Shown one piece after another: positions 45,242 through 55,094 of a stretch of 64,000 nucleotides of DNA. A model generated the notes under the pieces. The model did no database searches and was not told the origin of the DNA. It was given only the letters and a program-made list of their open reading frames with translations. The position numbers were made by a program, and so were the translations under genes. Source of the stretch: an uncultured Bacteroidales bacterium (GTDB lineage Bacteria; Bacteroidota; Bacteroidia; Bacteroidales; Paludibacteraceae); contig ONND01000008.1 in the NCBI GenBank assembly GCA_900319105.1, positions 17,173-81,172 on the forward strand. Direction: 5' to 3'. The first letter of the stretch is position 1. The number at the start of each line of letters is the position of its first letter.

Positions 45242-45261
45242 AATCTGTCAATTTCGGGTGC

Positions 45262-45291
45262 AAAATTACAAAAAATAAATGAAAAAAGCAA
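45262..45291 (-). promoter_or_regulatory. sigma-A type promoter for the cca-like gene
   Basis: The minus strand reads cTTG-N19-TAATTTTGc. Divergent from the rpsP promoter. Confidence 0.6.
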
Positions 45292-45297
45292 GAAAAA

Positions 45298-45329
45298 TTT
45301 GCGTAATTCAGATTTTTGTCGTACCTTTG
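45298..45329 (+). promoter_or_regulatory. sigma-A type promoter for rpsP
   Basis: TTTG (45298-45301), N20, TACCTTTG (45322-45329). Confidence 0.7.
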
Positions 45330-45418
45330 CACGCTTTTTCGTGTAAAAAGTACGTCATTATTATTAACCCGGGCGTAGAACTCGCGCAGTTCAAGGCCCA
45401 CAAAAACAACAAAAACAA

Positions 45419-45994
45419 ATGGCAACAAAGATTCGTTTGGCTCGTCATGGTCACAAAGACTACGCTTTCTACCACATCGTAGTAGCAGACAGCCGCTCGC
45501 CGCGTGACGGCAAAATTATCGAACGTATCGGTTCGTTCAACCCTAACACCAACCCCGCAGCTGTAATCCTTAATTTCGATCGCGCGCTGTACTGGGTAGG
45601 CGTAGGTGCACAGCCGACTGACACCGTACGTACCATCCTCTCCAACGAGGGCGTTATGCTGATGAAGCACTTGAACGGCGGTGTAGCTAAAGGTGCATTT
45701 AGTGCAGAAGAGGCTCAGAAGCGTTTCGACGCTTGGAAGGCTCAGAAAGATGCAAAAGCCGGTAAGATCAGCCAGGCAGAGGCAGACAAGAAAGCTGCTG
45801 CTGCAAAGGCTCTCCTCGCTCAAGAGGTAGAGACCAACAAGGCTATCGCAGCCAAGATCGCAGAGAAACGTGCCGCAGCCGCTGCTGAGCTCGCTGCTGC
45901 TGCTCAAGAGGCTGCACAGGAAGCTGCTGCCGCTGAGGCAGAGGCTAACGGCGAAGCTCCCGCTGAGGAGCCCGCTGCTGAGGCTGAAGCTTAA
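45419..45994 (+). CDS. rpsP: 30S ribosomal protein S16 with an Ala/Glu/Lys-rich C-terminal extension
   Basis: [32 protein letters not shown] is canonical S16. The C-terminal ~100 aa are low complexity. Confidence 0.95.
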   Translation: MATKIRLARHGHKDYAFYHIVVADSRSPRDGKIIERIGSFNPNTNPAAVILNFDRALYWVGVGAQPTDTVRTILSNEGVMLMKHLNGGVAKGAFSAEEAQKRFDAWKAQKDAKAGKISQAEADKKAAAAKALLAQEVETNKAIAAKIAEKRAAAAAELAAAAQEAAQEAAAAEAEANGEAPAEEPAAEAEA

Positions 45995-46043
45995 TCGGAA
46001 TATCGATATCACGATATATCGAAATACCGAAGAAAAAAGAAGT

Positions 46044-46070
46044 CCAAAACGCAAGTTTTGGGCTTTTTTT
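46044..46070 (+). terminator. rho-independent terminator after rpsP
   Basis: CCAAAAC-gcaa-GTTTTGG, then gc and T7. Confidence 0.8.
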
Positions 46071-46111
46071 ATGCCTTTTCGCTCCATATTTCGCTAAACT
46101 TTCAACTTTTA

Positions 46112-46143
46112 TTTGCATATATGCAAAAATTGTTGTACCTTTG
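46112..46143 (+). promoter_or_regulatory. sigma-A type promoter for the glycan locus
   Basis: TTTGcatatatgcaaaaattgttgTACCTTTG. The -7 box ends 9 nt before ATG 46153, so the leader is very short. Confidence 0.7.
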
Positions 46144-46152
46144 CACGCTTTT

Positions 46153-47400
46153 ATGTTGTGTAAACTACGCGTTATATGGAATAACAACACTAAAGTGGTC
46201 GAGAACTATGCATTCATGACCATTTTGCAGGTATTGAATATCTGCTTTTATCTGTTGATTTATCCTTTCCTAATTCGCGTATTAGGAGCGGAAAGTTACG
46301 GAATGTATGCATATGCCCTCGCGGTCGTCACACTCTTCATCACCTTTGTCTCGTTTGGATTTGATCTGCCTGCCGCTAAAAAAATTGCAGAAAACGCAGA
46401 GAACAAAGAGGTGATGTCTCGGGTATTATCAGAAGTTACAACAACAAAGATTTTCTTGGAGATAATATCCCTAATCATTTTTGCCGCTTTGTTTATGGTA
46501 TCCGGCAAGATGCGGAACAACGCCTTGCTCTTCATTATTGTTTTTGCCCAAACGATTACTAATATCGTTTTCCCTCAATGGTATTTCCAGGGAGTGCAAC
46601 GAATGCGTGTAGTGACCTATATCCAGGTGGCGTTCAAGGTATGCTCTCTTGTCTTCATCTTTTGGTTCCTTCATTCTCCAGAAGACAATTGGATATATGC
46701 TCTTATCGTGACGATATCATCTGTAGCGGGAGGAGTAGTAGCATTGCTGATCATTATGTTCAAAGATGGTCTTCAGATCAGCTTCGTCCCCTTTTCACAT
46801 GTTTTGAACTCTATCCGGGATGCAGTACCATTTTTCCTCAGCAATGTTACGGGAGTTATAAAAGAGCAGGGTGTGATTTTATTAATCGGGCAGTTCCTGG
46901 GCATGAATGAGGTCGCTGTTTACGACTTGGCGAACAAGATTATTATTATCCCGCGTACTATTTTCAGCAAACTGAATGATGCATTGTATCCAAAGATGAT
47001 GGCTCAGCCAAGTCAGACACGGCGCAGGAAGATATTGATAGGAGAAATCGTTATTGGATTAGTCTCCATCGCTATCATTGCCGCTTTGGGGTATTGGGCA
47101 GTTCTGATATTGGGCGGCAAAGCGATGATAGCATCTTATCCGGTAAGTGTCATTTTGAGCATCACTATTCTTACATGGCTTGTGGCCGGGGCATTGATTG
47201 ATTTTTATATTATTCCGTCCGGTAAGACTTTTTATATTACCTGGAACCAATTGATCGCTATGCTAACGACTTTTGCCTTTGCCGGTATAGGATTATTCTT
47301 CACGCGCAGTGTGTACTTGTTAGCTGTCAGTTTGGCACTTTCAGGACTGATGGAGATTGTGTTTTGTTCCATTGTTATCCACTATAAATTGAAGCCATGA
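46153..47400 (+). CDS. wzx: oligosaccharide flippase (Wzx, MOP superfamily)
   Basis: About 12 TM segments. N-terminal N..ENYAFMTILQVLN...PFLIRVLGAESYG pattern. The track TTG start at 46141 lies inside the promoter, so ATG 46153 is used. ATG 46216 is an alternative. Confidence 0.8.
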   Translation: MLCKLRVIWNNNTKVVENYAFMTILQVLNICFYLLIYPFLIRVLGAESYGMYAYALAVVTLFITFVSFGFDLPAAKKIAENAENKEVMSRVLSEVTTTKIFLEIISLIIFAALFMVSGKMRNNALLFIIVFAQTITNIVFPQWYFQGVQRMRVVTYIQVAFKVCSLVFIFWFLHSPEDNWIYALIVTISSVAGGVVALLIIMFKDGLQISFVPFSHVLNSIRDAVPFFLSNVTGVIKEQGVILLIGQFLGMNEVAVYDLANKIIIIPRTIFSKLNDALYPKMMAQPSQTRRRKILIGEIVIGLVSIAIIAALGYWAVLILGGKAMIASYPVSVILSITILTWLVAGALIDFYIIPSGKTFYITWNQLIAMLTTFAFAGIGLFFTRSVYLLAVSLALSGLMEIVFCSIVIHYKLKP

Positions 47401-48377
47401 AATTGAGTGTAATAGTGCCTGTTTATGGCGTGGAGAAATATATAGCGAGATGTGCAAAGTCCGTTTTGGAACAGACGTATGCAGATACCGAACTGATCTT
47501 TGTAGATGATGCTTCCCCTGATTCATCTATTCCGGTTCTTCGGGAGGAATTGAGGCGCTATCCTCATCAACAAGCCGTTATTCTTCGCCATGCGACAAAC
47601 CGCGGTCTTGCTGCTGCGCGCAAGACTGGAATTGAGGCGGCTACCGGAGAGTATATCGTCAGTTTGGACGGGGATGACTACTTAGAACCGGGAGCGTTGG
47701 ACTTATTGGCTGCGGAGGTACAAAAGACCAATGCAGATATAGTAGGAATGGATTGTTATTTTGAGTGGAATGACAAACGTAGCTATTATCATGGCTCATG
47801 GTCTTCCGACCCGAAGGAATACAGCCGTTTTTTGCTTAGCGGAAAGAGTCTTCCGGGAGTGTGTCTGCATATGATACGTAAGGACTTGTATACCCGAAGC
47901 GGAATCATGCCGATAGAAGGGCTGAATAGCGGAGAAGACTACGTGACTACACCGCGTCTATGCTGGTATGCACGCAGCATCGCTCATGTAGATAAGCCGC
48001 TTTATCATTACATCCAGACGAATACATCATCCATTGCTCACTCCCTCTCGCATCATCATATTACCCAACTTGTCCGTGTAGTAGAGACCTTAACAGCCTT
48101 TTTTGAGGATAAGCCGGAGTGCATGGATGCTTTGCGTGCCGGGCAATGGCTAAAGAAGACTGATATTATGATGCGGGCGGTTAAAACAGACTATAAATTG
48201 GTGGACACAATGCCTGCTTTTTTGCCGGTTAATACGACATCGATGAATGTATTTCAGCGTATGGCAGCGCCGTTGATAGCACACAGGCAATGGGTTCTGC
48301 TATGGCTGTACAGCAGGAGTTATCAAGTGGCATTAGAAATCGTTCAAATCTTAAAAGGAAGAAGAAAGAAATGCTGA
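47397..48377 (+). CDS. glycosyltransferase family 2
   Basis: SVIVPVYGVEKYI...FVDDASPDSS and the DGDD (DxD) motif. ATGA overlap with wzx. Confidence 0.88.
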   Translation: MKLSVIVPVYGVEKYIARCAKSVLEQTYADTELIFVDDASPDSSIPVLREELRRYPHQQAVILRHATNRGLAAARKTGIEAATGEYIVSLDGDDYLEPGALDLLAAEVQKTNADIVGMDCYFEWNDKRSYYHGSWSSDPKEYSRFLLSGKSLPGVCLHMIRKDLYTRSGIMPIEGLNSGEDYVTTPRLCWYARSIAHVDKPLYHYIQTNTSSIAHSLSHHHITQLVRVVETLTAFFEDKPECMDALRAGQWLKKTDIMMRAVKTDYKLVDTMPAFLPVNTTSMNVFQRMAAPLIAHRQWVLLWLYSRSYQVALEIVQILKGRRKKC

Positions 48378-49768
48378 CCTATCTGTTCAATATTGCCTTT
48401 ACCATCGCGGCTACGGTGCTGTATATTAAGGCGCCGTGGACCTATAGTTACGACTACTGCGCGTGGCTGATGGGGCTTTATGTTGCGCAGAATGTACTCT
48501 TTTTTGCTACCAATAAACGACAAAACTGGCTGGGCTTTGAGTTCTTTTTTGCCTTGAGTTTCTTTTTGGTTAATTTCGTTTATCCCGTTTTCTATGCTCC
48601 TACGGAACGCATCTACTGGTCGTTCTTCTCTTTCTCATTTAATGACAACTATGTCACACGCGCTACTGCGTTAGCCTATTTCGCCTATGCTTGGTATATG
48701 TTAGGAGCTACACGCCTCTTGCAACTGAGACGGATTGAACCCATGGAACTGACCTTTACGATCTCCATGCGCCAGTATATTTGGTTCTTCGGTATTACGA
48801 TAGTTGCATGGATCTTGTACGTCGCAACAGGCGGTTTGGCTGCGCTACAGAGCGTGTATGCCGACGGAGAAAACTTACGCGATGTGGGCATTTATAGTTA
48901 TTTCAATAATATCTTCACCATCGGCTGCTACTTGATGGCGATATTTATCTTCCGTCTTCCTAAACAAAAATGGTGGTTCTATCTGTTAGTCATCATTAGT
49001 TTCATGCTTATTTTGCTTTCTACCGGAAGTCGCCAGTTAGCCGTTTCGTTAGCGCTCATTCTTATTGTGGGCTTCAGTATGTATGTCTATCACCTTCGCT
49101 GGTGGCAAGTAGCAACATTGGTGGCCGGAGGTTCGGTGTTGCTGTTTTTAGTAATGATACTGCGGAAAGACGGTTTAGATGCTGTGGCATGGCAAACCAG
49201 GTTGGCGCATACGAAATTAGAGTACTTCTGGGATATCTACGAGGATTTGATCATCAACGACGTCAACCTGTTTGCGCTCTTCGGCTGGGCACAGACACAT
49301 GAACCTACATGGTTCACTGGCATGTCGCTTGATCTAAGTTCGCCAATCCCAGGTCTTGCTGGATATATCGTTTCACACTCCGACTTGCCGCCACAGATGT
49401 TGCATGGCGGAGATTTGCCTTCTTATCTGTTATTAGGTCCGAAAGCTACGTGGGGCACAGGAACAAACATGGTAGGCGAAGCGTACCGATCGTTCGGTAT
49501 TGTCGGTACAGCTTTCTCGATGTTTTTAATAGGTCTTTGGGTGAAAGAGAGTTACTACCGTGCCTATAATAGCGTCTATTGGTATTTGATGTATTTTCTT
49601 TTAGTAGGTCACGCCTTGATTTACCCGCGTGCACCGTTGCTCTTCGACCCCCGTTTGGTAACTTGGAGTCTTCTGCTTTTACTCATTGTGATGACTATCA
49701 CGAGTCATCAGAACGAGATTGCAAAATGGCTGAATGAGCTTTTTAGAAGAAAGGAGGAACAGAAATGA
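48371..49768 (+). CDS. wzy: O-antigen polymerase-like (Wzy) membrane protein
   Basis: 465 aa from ATG 48371. At least 10 TM segments and LSTGSRQ (Wzy_C-like motif). Overlaps both neighbours. Confidence 0.7.
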   Translation: MLTYLFNIAFTIAATVLYIKAPWTYSYDYCAWLMGLYVAQNVLFFATNKRQNWLGFEFFFALSFFLVNFVYPVFYAPTERIYWSFFSFSFNDNYVTRATALAYFAYAWYMLGATRLLQLRRIEPMELTFTISMRQYIWFFGITIVAWILYVATGGLAALQSVYADGENLRDVGIYSYFNNIFTIGCYLMAIFIFRLPKQKWWFYLLVIISFMLILLSTGSRQLAVSLALILIVGFSMYVYHLRWWQVATLVAGGSVLLFLVMILRKDGLDAVAWQTRLAHTKLEYFWDIYEDLIINDVNLFALFGWAQTHEPTWFTGMSLDLSSPIPGLAGYIVSHSDLPPQMLHGGDLPSYLLLGPKATWGTGTNMVGEAYRSFGIVGTAFSMFLIGLWVKESYYRAYNSVYWYLMYFLLVGHALIYPRAPLLFDPRLVTWSLLLLLIVMTITSHQNEIAKWLNELFRRKEEQK

Positions 49769-50913
49769 AGATCCTTTATTGCATTCCTCATTTGTACAAT
49801 TCCGGCGGGATGGAGCGTGTACTGACTCAAAAGGTTAATTGGCTGGCTGTACACACGAAGCATGAGTTTACGATACTGACTACAGAAAAGACTCCTGAAG
49901 GACAGCCGGATTGTTATTTCCCATTGAACAAGCGCGTAAAGGTAGTCCATCTGGATATAGATTTTAATGCGGACTATCATAAACCGCTATTCGCCAAATG
50001 GTGGGGACACATGCTTCGTATGCGTACTTACGAGCGAGCTCTACGTGCGTATATACAGCAGAATAGTATAGAATTATGTATCTCCCTATGCGGTAAAGAG
50101 ATTGCATTCTTGCGTCATCTGCCCTGCAAGACTATAGCAGAATTACATTTCTCAAAGAACCAACGTCAACAATTGTTAGAAGCGAACCATACCGGTCTTT
50201 TTTGGTCTTTATTAGGTCGTATTCGTACATGGCAGTTAGTGCGGGCAGTGAAGCCTTTAAAGCGACTTGTCGTGCTCACCAAAGCAGATCAAGAGGACTG
50301 GCAAAAAGAGGGCTGTACGAATGTGACCGTCATCCCAAACATTTGTAGCCTTTATGGAATGAAAATACCGATGAAATCGCGAAAAAAAAGCGTTTTGGCA
50401 GCGGGACGACTTCATGAGCAGAAAGGCTTTGATCTCTTGCTCCAAGCTTGGAAAGTCATCGAGCAGAAACATCCTGAATGGACTTTACGCATAGTCGGTG
50501 AAGGTCCTAAGCACATGGAGTTGGAAAAGCAGGTTATAAATCTCGGGTTAAAACACGTGTGTATCGCTGGACGGATAGAGAATATGGTAAAAGAATACGC
50601 AGAGGCATCGATCTTTGTGCTCTCATCACGATATGAGGGTTTCTCCTTGGTATTGGCAGAAGCCATGTGGTGTGGTACTCCATGCGTGTCTTTTGACTGC
50701 CCGCACGGCCCTGCAGAGTTATTGGCAGACGATCGGGGATGGCTCGTCCCTAATGGAGACATAGAGGCGCTCACGGCACAAATTGAATATGTCATTGCGC
50801 ATCCCGAGGAAGCTGATTTAAAAGCAAAGAAAGCGCAAACCTATGCGCAGAACACATATAGCGAAGAGGCTATTATGCCCCGTTGGATTAAAGAAATAGA
50901 GGTATGCAGGTAA
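49765..50913 (+). CDS. glycosyltransferase family 4 (GT-B)
   Basis: C-terminal GRLHEQKGFDLL...SRYEGFSLVLAEAMWCGTPCVS (EX7E motif). Confidence 0.88.
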   Translation: MKILYCIPHLYNSGGMERVLTQKVNWLAVHTKHEFTILTTEKTPEGQPDCYFPLNKRVKVVHLDIDFNADYHKPLFAKWWGHMLRMRTYERALRAYIQQNSIELCISLCGKEIAFLRHLPCKTIAELHFSKNQRQQLLEANHTGLFWSLLGRIRTWQLVRAVKPLKRLVVLTKADQEDWQKEGCTNVTVIPNICSLYGMKIPMKSRKKSVLAAGRLHEQKGFDLLLQAWKVIEQKHPEWTLRIVGEGPKHMELEKQVINLGLKHVCIAGRIENMVKEYAEASIFVLSSRYEGFSLVLAEAMWCGTPCVSFDCPHGPAELLADDRGWLVPNGDIEALTAQIEYVIAHPEEADLKAKKAQTYAQNTYSEEAIMPRWIKEIEVCR

Positions 50914-51881
50914 CATTTGATAATATCATTTATTCGTTGCAACGAGTAGGCGGTATTTCCGTAGTATGGTCGGAAATGCTTAAACGTGCTTGTGTCGATC
51001 CGGAATTGTCGGTACAGATGCTGGAATACCCGTCGAATAATGTGCTACGTGAGCATATACAGATACCTCAAGACATGATCGTACCTAAGTCCTTACGTTG
51101 CTTAGAACGGTATAGAGAACCGGAATATAATCCGATGAAACCGACTATTTTTCACTCTTCCTATTTCCGCATCTGTCAAAATCCGAATGTTCGTAATGTA
51201 ACTACTGTACATGATTTGACGTATCATTTTTATCGTAAAGGTTTACCCAAGGCTGTGCATTTGTGGGAAGAGAAAAAAGCATTGAAACATAGCGAGGCGG
51301 TCATTTGTATCAGCGAAAACACAAAGCGGGATCTGTTGCATTTCTATCCGTGGATTCCCGAAGAACGGATTCATGTTATCTATAATGGAGTAAGCGATGC
51401 TTTTTACCCGATGCCTAATGTAGAGAAGAAGGGCTATTTGCTGTATGTGGGTAATACCTCGGTGGAGTACAAGCGGTATGAAGTGGCGCAAGAAGTGGCT
51501 AAGAGAACCGGAATAGAGTTAGTAACCGTTTGCAACGTGACATCAGAACAACTGAATAGGTATTATAATGAAGCCTTGTGTTTGCTCTATCCATCCGACT
51601 ATGAGGGATTCGGTATTCCTGTTATTGAGGCGCAAAAAGCCGGATGTCCTGTCGTCGCACAAGAATCTTCTTCTATTCCGGAGATCATAGGCAGTAAAGG
51701 ATTGATGGTAAAACATGCAAGTGGTGAAGAAATGGCTGCCGAGATGTCCGAGATGGTGTTGGAGTTGAAGTCCCGCGCGGTGAATGATATTATAGAAGCA
51801 GGTATTGAGAACGCTAAGCGTTTCAGTTGGGACAAGACATATGAACAAGTAAAAAATGTATATCGGCAGATCATTCTATAG
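50904..51881 (+). CDS. glycosyltransferase family 4 (GT-B)
   Basis: YPSDYEGFGIPVIEAQKAGCPVVA (EX7E). Confidence 0.85.
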   Translation: MQVTFDNIIYSLQRVGGISVVWSEMLKRACVDPELSVQMLEYPSNNVLREHIQIPQDMIVPKSLRCLERYREPEYNPMKPTIFHSSYFRICQNPNVRNVTTVHDLTYHFYRKGLPKAVHLWEEKKALKHSEAVICISENTKRDLLHFYPWIPEERIHVIYNGVSDAFYPMPNVEKKGYLLYVGNTSVEYKRYEVAQEVAKRTGIELVTVCNVTSEQLNRYYNEALCLLYPSDYEGFGIPVIEAQKAGCPVVAQESSSIPEIIGSKGLMVKHASGEEMAAEMSEMVLELKSRAVNDIIEAGIENAKRFSWDKTYEQVKNVYRQIIL

Positions 51882-51882
51882 T

Positions 51883-52629
51883 ATGAAAATATCTATTATA
51901 ACTATTACGTACAACAGTGCGAAGACTTTGCAACATACGCTGGAGAGCGTGCAAAGCCAGACCTATCCGGATATCGAGCACGTCATCGTGGATGGCGCTT
52001 CTACCGATTGGACCAAAGACTTAATCGAGAACTATGCCAAGCAGCATAGTAACGTCCACTGGATCTCGGAGAAAGACAATGGTATTTACAATGCCTTAAA
52101 CAAAGGTATCTCGATGGCGACAGGAGATATTATCGGTTTCCTGCACTCTGACGATGTGTTCTTTTCTGCCCATTCCATCGAACAAATCGCCGATGCGTTC
52201 AAGGACCCAACGATCGATGTGGTCTATGGAGATCTGCAATATTGCCGGGAAGGTAAGATTATACGCAGGTGGAAGAGCAATGATTTCAATCCCCATGCGC
52301 TCAAATACGGATGGATGCCGCCCCACCCGACCATGTATGTCCGTAAGGAAGTCTATCAGCAGGTCGGTGAATACGATGAGTGGTTCCATATTGCTGCGGA
52401 TTACGATATGATGCTACGTATCTTTAAAAGTGGCTTTCGCTCGCAATATATCCCCGAAGTACTCGTGCGTATGGAAACTGGCGGGGCAAGCAATAAGAAC
52501 ACCAAGGCACGCTTGTCTAAAACGCAGGAAGACTATATTGCTCTCAAGAAAAATCATGTAGGAGCCGGCTACCTGACCGTTGCCTGCAAACAACTCCGCA
52601 AACTACGTCAGTTCCTGAGAAAGAGTTAA
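51883..52629 (+). CDS. glycosyltransferase family 2
   Basis: ISIITITYNSAKTL...VDGASTDWT and HSDD (DxD). Start trimmed to ATG 51883. Confidence 0.88.
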   Translation: MKISIITITYNSAKTLQHTLESVQSQTYPDIEHVIVDGASTDWTKDLIENYAKQHSNVHWISEKDNGIYNALNKGISMATGDIIGFLHSDDVFFSAHSIEQIADAFKDPTIDVVYGDLQYCREGKIIRRWKSNDFNPHALKYGWMPPHPTMYVRKEVYQQVGEYDEWFHIAADYDMMLRIFKSGFRSQYIPEVLVRMETGGASNKNTKARLSKTQEDYIALKKNHVGAGYLTVACKQLRKLRQFLRKS

Positions 52630-52681
52630 ATCAACCATTTCAAACAACTTCAAACAAGGCGAAGCCTGAAACCCTCAAACC

Positions 52682-53491
52682 ATGTTAAATATATCCATCG
52701 TCTTATATCATCCGCAATGGGAACAGGAGGTTATTCCTCTTGTGACCGAACTGCTACGCGTGAAATGCCTGCGGAAGATTTACCTGTTGGATAATAGCGG
52801 GGAGAAGGGAACCCCTCCAAGCCTCCCCTCAAGGGAGGATACCAAAGGCAAACTGCGCTACATGGCGATGCCAGCAAACCTCGGTTACGGTCGGGCGCAT
52901 AATATCGCGCTGCGGGAGAGCGCCTATTACCGGACAGAACTGCATCTGGTGATGAACAGCGATATACAAGTCAAGGCGGAGGATATAGATGCCATGCACG
53001 ACTGGATGATCTCCCATCCCGAGGTGGGACAACTCATGCCCCGGGTAGTGAACCCCGATGGTACGCAGCAGTACCTCGCCAAAAGGCTTCCTTCGCCTCT
53101 TGACGTCTTCGGTCGCCGTTTCTTACCGGCATGGCTGATGGCTCGGCGTAACAAACGCTATGAGCTACGCGATCTCGATCTGACACGACCGGTTAACGCA
53201 CCCTACCTCAGCGGCTGCTTCATGCTCCTGCGCACTACTGCAGCAGTGGAAGCAGGTCTGTTCGACGAGCGCTATTTCATGTACCCGGAGGACATAGACC
53301 TCACGCGTACGATCCATCGTAACTGGCTCACGCTCTATTATCCCCAATGGACTATCACGCACGCACACGCGCGCTCTTCCTATAATAATAAACACATGCT
53401 CTGGATTCATATCCGGAACATGTGTCGCTATTTCAATAAATGGGGCTGGCTCTTCGATAGAGAGCGGCGCCGCTTTAATCGCTCACTTTAA
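52682..53491 (+). CDS. glycosyltransferase family 2 (rhamnosyltransferase-like)
   Basis: ISIVLYHP...NLGYGRAHN and YPEDIDL. GC is host-like, unlike the upstream locus. Contains a hairpin insert at 52810-52840. Confidence 0.8.
   Translation: MLNISIVLYHPQWEQEVIPLVTELLRVKCLRKIYLLDNSGEKGTPPSLPSREDTKGKLRYMAMPANLGYGRAHNIALRESAYYRTELHLVMNSDIQVKAEDIDAMHDWMISHPEVGQLMPRVVNPDGTQQYLAKRLPSPLDVFGRRFLPAWLMARRNKRYELRDLDLTRPVNAPYLSGCFMLLRTTAAVEAGLFDERYFMYPEDIDLTRTIHRNWLTLYYPQWTITHAHARSSYNNKHMLWIHIRNMCRYFNKWGWLFDRERRRFNRSL
52810..52840. repeat. GC-rich hairpin element in frame in GT2
   Basis: cctccc-ctcaa-gggagg (52822-52838). Encodes GTPPSLPSREDTK. Confidence 0.8.
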
Positions 53492-55094
53492 CGCCCTGTA
53501 AGGTGTATGTCTCTCCTTCGCGACGGATATAAAGCACTCCGTTCCGAAGGATTTTTTGTACCTTGGGTTGTACCTGGGACTCCGCCGTCTCAATAGCCTG
53601 CGGCACATAAGGAGGCTTTTGATTGAGGAAGATAGAATCGTTAGTGATCGTCATAGAACATCTCCATTCTCCTACTCCACGGCAGTACAGGGGAACATAA
53701 GCCTCCTCATCGTCCGCCGAGCGGATAGACATAACTATCTCATATTCTCCCGGAGGATAAGAGATAACTGCATTATAGCTTCGGGAATAATAGACCGTCC
53801 ACGATTTCATTTGCAGGTTGCTGGAGATACTACGTGTCTTGTACAGTTGACCGTTTTGGTATATATACAAACGCAGGTTGCCTTTCCATATACCATACCC
53901 TCTATTCCTGAGCGTATCTACTACGAATTTAACCGTATCTTCCCGGGACAGTTTGTCTTCCCGTATTCGCACGTTCTCACATATGAGGTGAAGAGCATAG
54001 TCTCCTCCAGCATCCGGACGGATGCCTGTAAATATCTGTACGTTCTCCGTGTAGGCTTTATTAGAAGACGATCCGCCTATTCCCTGGCTGGACGGAGCCA
54101 AGGCGGAGAGACGGAAATAGCCGTCGCTCTTACCACCCCATCCCCAGTTGATATGTACCAAGCCGTCGGCATCGATACCGTCGCATACAAAAGCATGGCC
54201 TTCGTCATTGACCGTTCTGCCCCTCATCAACACCGGACGTCCGGCTAAGAGATCCGCCTGAATAGCCGATAAGAGGACTTCCTCTCCGGCATAATCCTTA
54301 TATAACGGACGCAGACTCTTGTCATAGGAGAAGGTGTTGATCAGTTCACGAGCCATCGTAGAGGTCGTAGCAGAACTGCTTTTACCATATTTCATATTAC
54401 ACGATACACCACATTGATACATGAGGGTCGCCACCGCGTCCTTCTGCGTTTGGGTAGCAGTACTGCTGTAGGTATTGAGCATGTTCGCCCAATCGTACGT
54501 AGTGCTCGCAAAATCCGCACTTAGGGTGACCGTATCGCCGTTCTCATTCACCCATTTATAACTATGCGAGCCTACACCATGAGCAGGGTAAGCATGGTAT
54601 TTCATGATCTGTGCCGCTGCAGTGGCAACACATCCCGTAGCGGCATGACCGGTCTGGTAAGAAGGGCATAAGTCATTATAGGGCGTTTTCTGATTCCATT
54701 GCGTCTTGCAGATCGGTGCAACCGGCGTATAAGCCGCAGTGCTGGCGTTCTGCGCCATATAATCAGATAGCTGGTCCAATGACTCTAAGTCTGACTTGTA
54801 CCCGTCCAGCCATGCGCGTAAGTTATCCGGCATTTCGTTCTCGTCCCAACGGCCGCTATCCGAATAGCCCAAAATGGTATAGGCGCGATCATCGGCAGAG
54901 ACGATCACAAAGCCCTGACCGTCCGGCTTATTAAATACATAGAAAGCCGACTGTCCGTCCGGCTGCACTGCCGTATAGGCATGCTGGAGATTAGTAAGAT
55001 GCGACACGGCACGACGAGCCTGCCGGATATTCCGCGGAGCTGCCGATACCATCATACTCAGCAGCAGAAGAGTAAGTATAGTTATTTTTTTCAT
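53475..55094 (-). CDS. peptidase C10 (streptopain/SpeB-like cysteine protease) with a C-terminal sorting-like tag
   Basis: Signal MKKITILTLLLLSMMVSA. WNQKTPYNDLCP...TGCVATAAAQIM (catalytic Cys) and GHAFVCDG...INWGWGG (His). C-terminus VPQAIE...KILRNGVLYIRREGETYTLQGVKV. Start trimmed to ATG 55094. Confidence 0.88.
   Translation of the reverse strand: MKKITILTLLLLSMMVSAAPRNIRQARRAVSHLTNLQHAYTAVQPDGQSAFYVFNKPDGQGFVIVSADDRAYTILGYSDSGRWDENEMPDNLRAWLDGYKSDLESLDQLSDYMAQNASTAAYTPVAPICKTQWNQKTPYNDLCPSYQTGHAATGCVATAAAQIMKYHAYPAHGVGSHSYKWVNENGDTVTLSADFASTTYDWANMLNTYSSTATQTQKDAVATLMYQCGVSCNMKYGKSSSATTSTMARELINTFSYDKSLRPLYKDYAGEEVLLSAIQADLLAGRPVLMRGRTVNDEGHAFVCDGIDADGLVHINWGWGGKSDGYFRLSALAPSSQGIGGSSSNKAYTENVQIFTGIRPDAGGDYALHLICENVRIREDKLSREDTVKFVVDTLRNRGYGIWKGNLRLYIYQNGQLYKTRSISSNLQMKSWTVYYSRSYNAVISYPPGEYEIVMSIRSADDEEAYVPLYCRGVGEWRCSMTITNDSIFLNQKPPYVPQAIETAESQVQPKVQKILRNGVLYIRREGETYTLQGVKVSD

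Noticed and set aside
45308-46087. 259-aa minus-strand ORF across rpsP
   Set aside because: It lies opposite the canonical S16 sequence. Its Ser/Leu/Cys-rich low-complexity translation derives from the Ala/Glu-rich tail of S16 on the other strand.
53475-53491. 17-nt overlap of the convergent 3' ends of the last GT2 and the C10 protease, as a possible antisense regulatory arrangement
   Set aside because: Short convergent overlaps are common, and no terminator structure or conserved element is visible. There is insufficient evidence for anything beyond compact gene packing.
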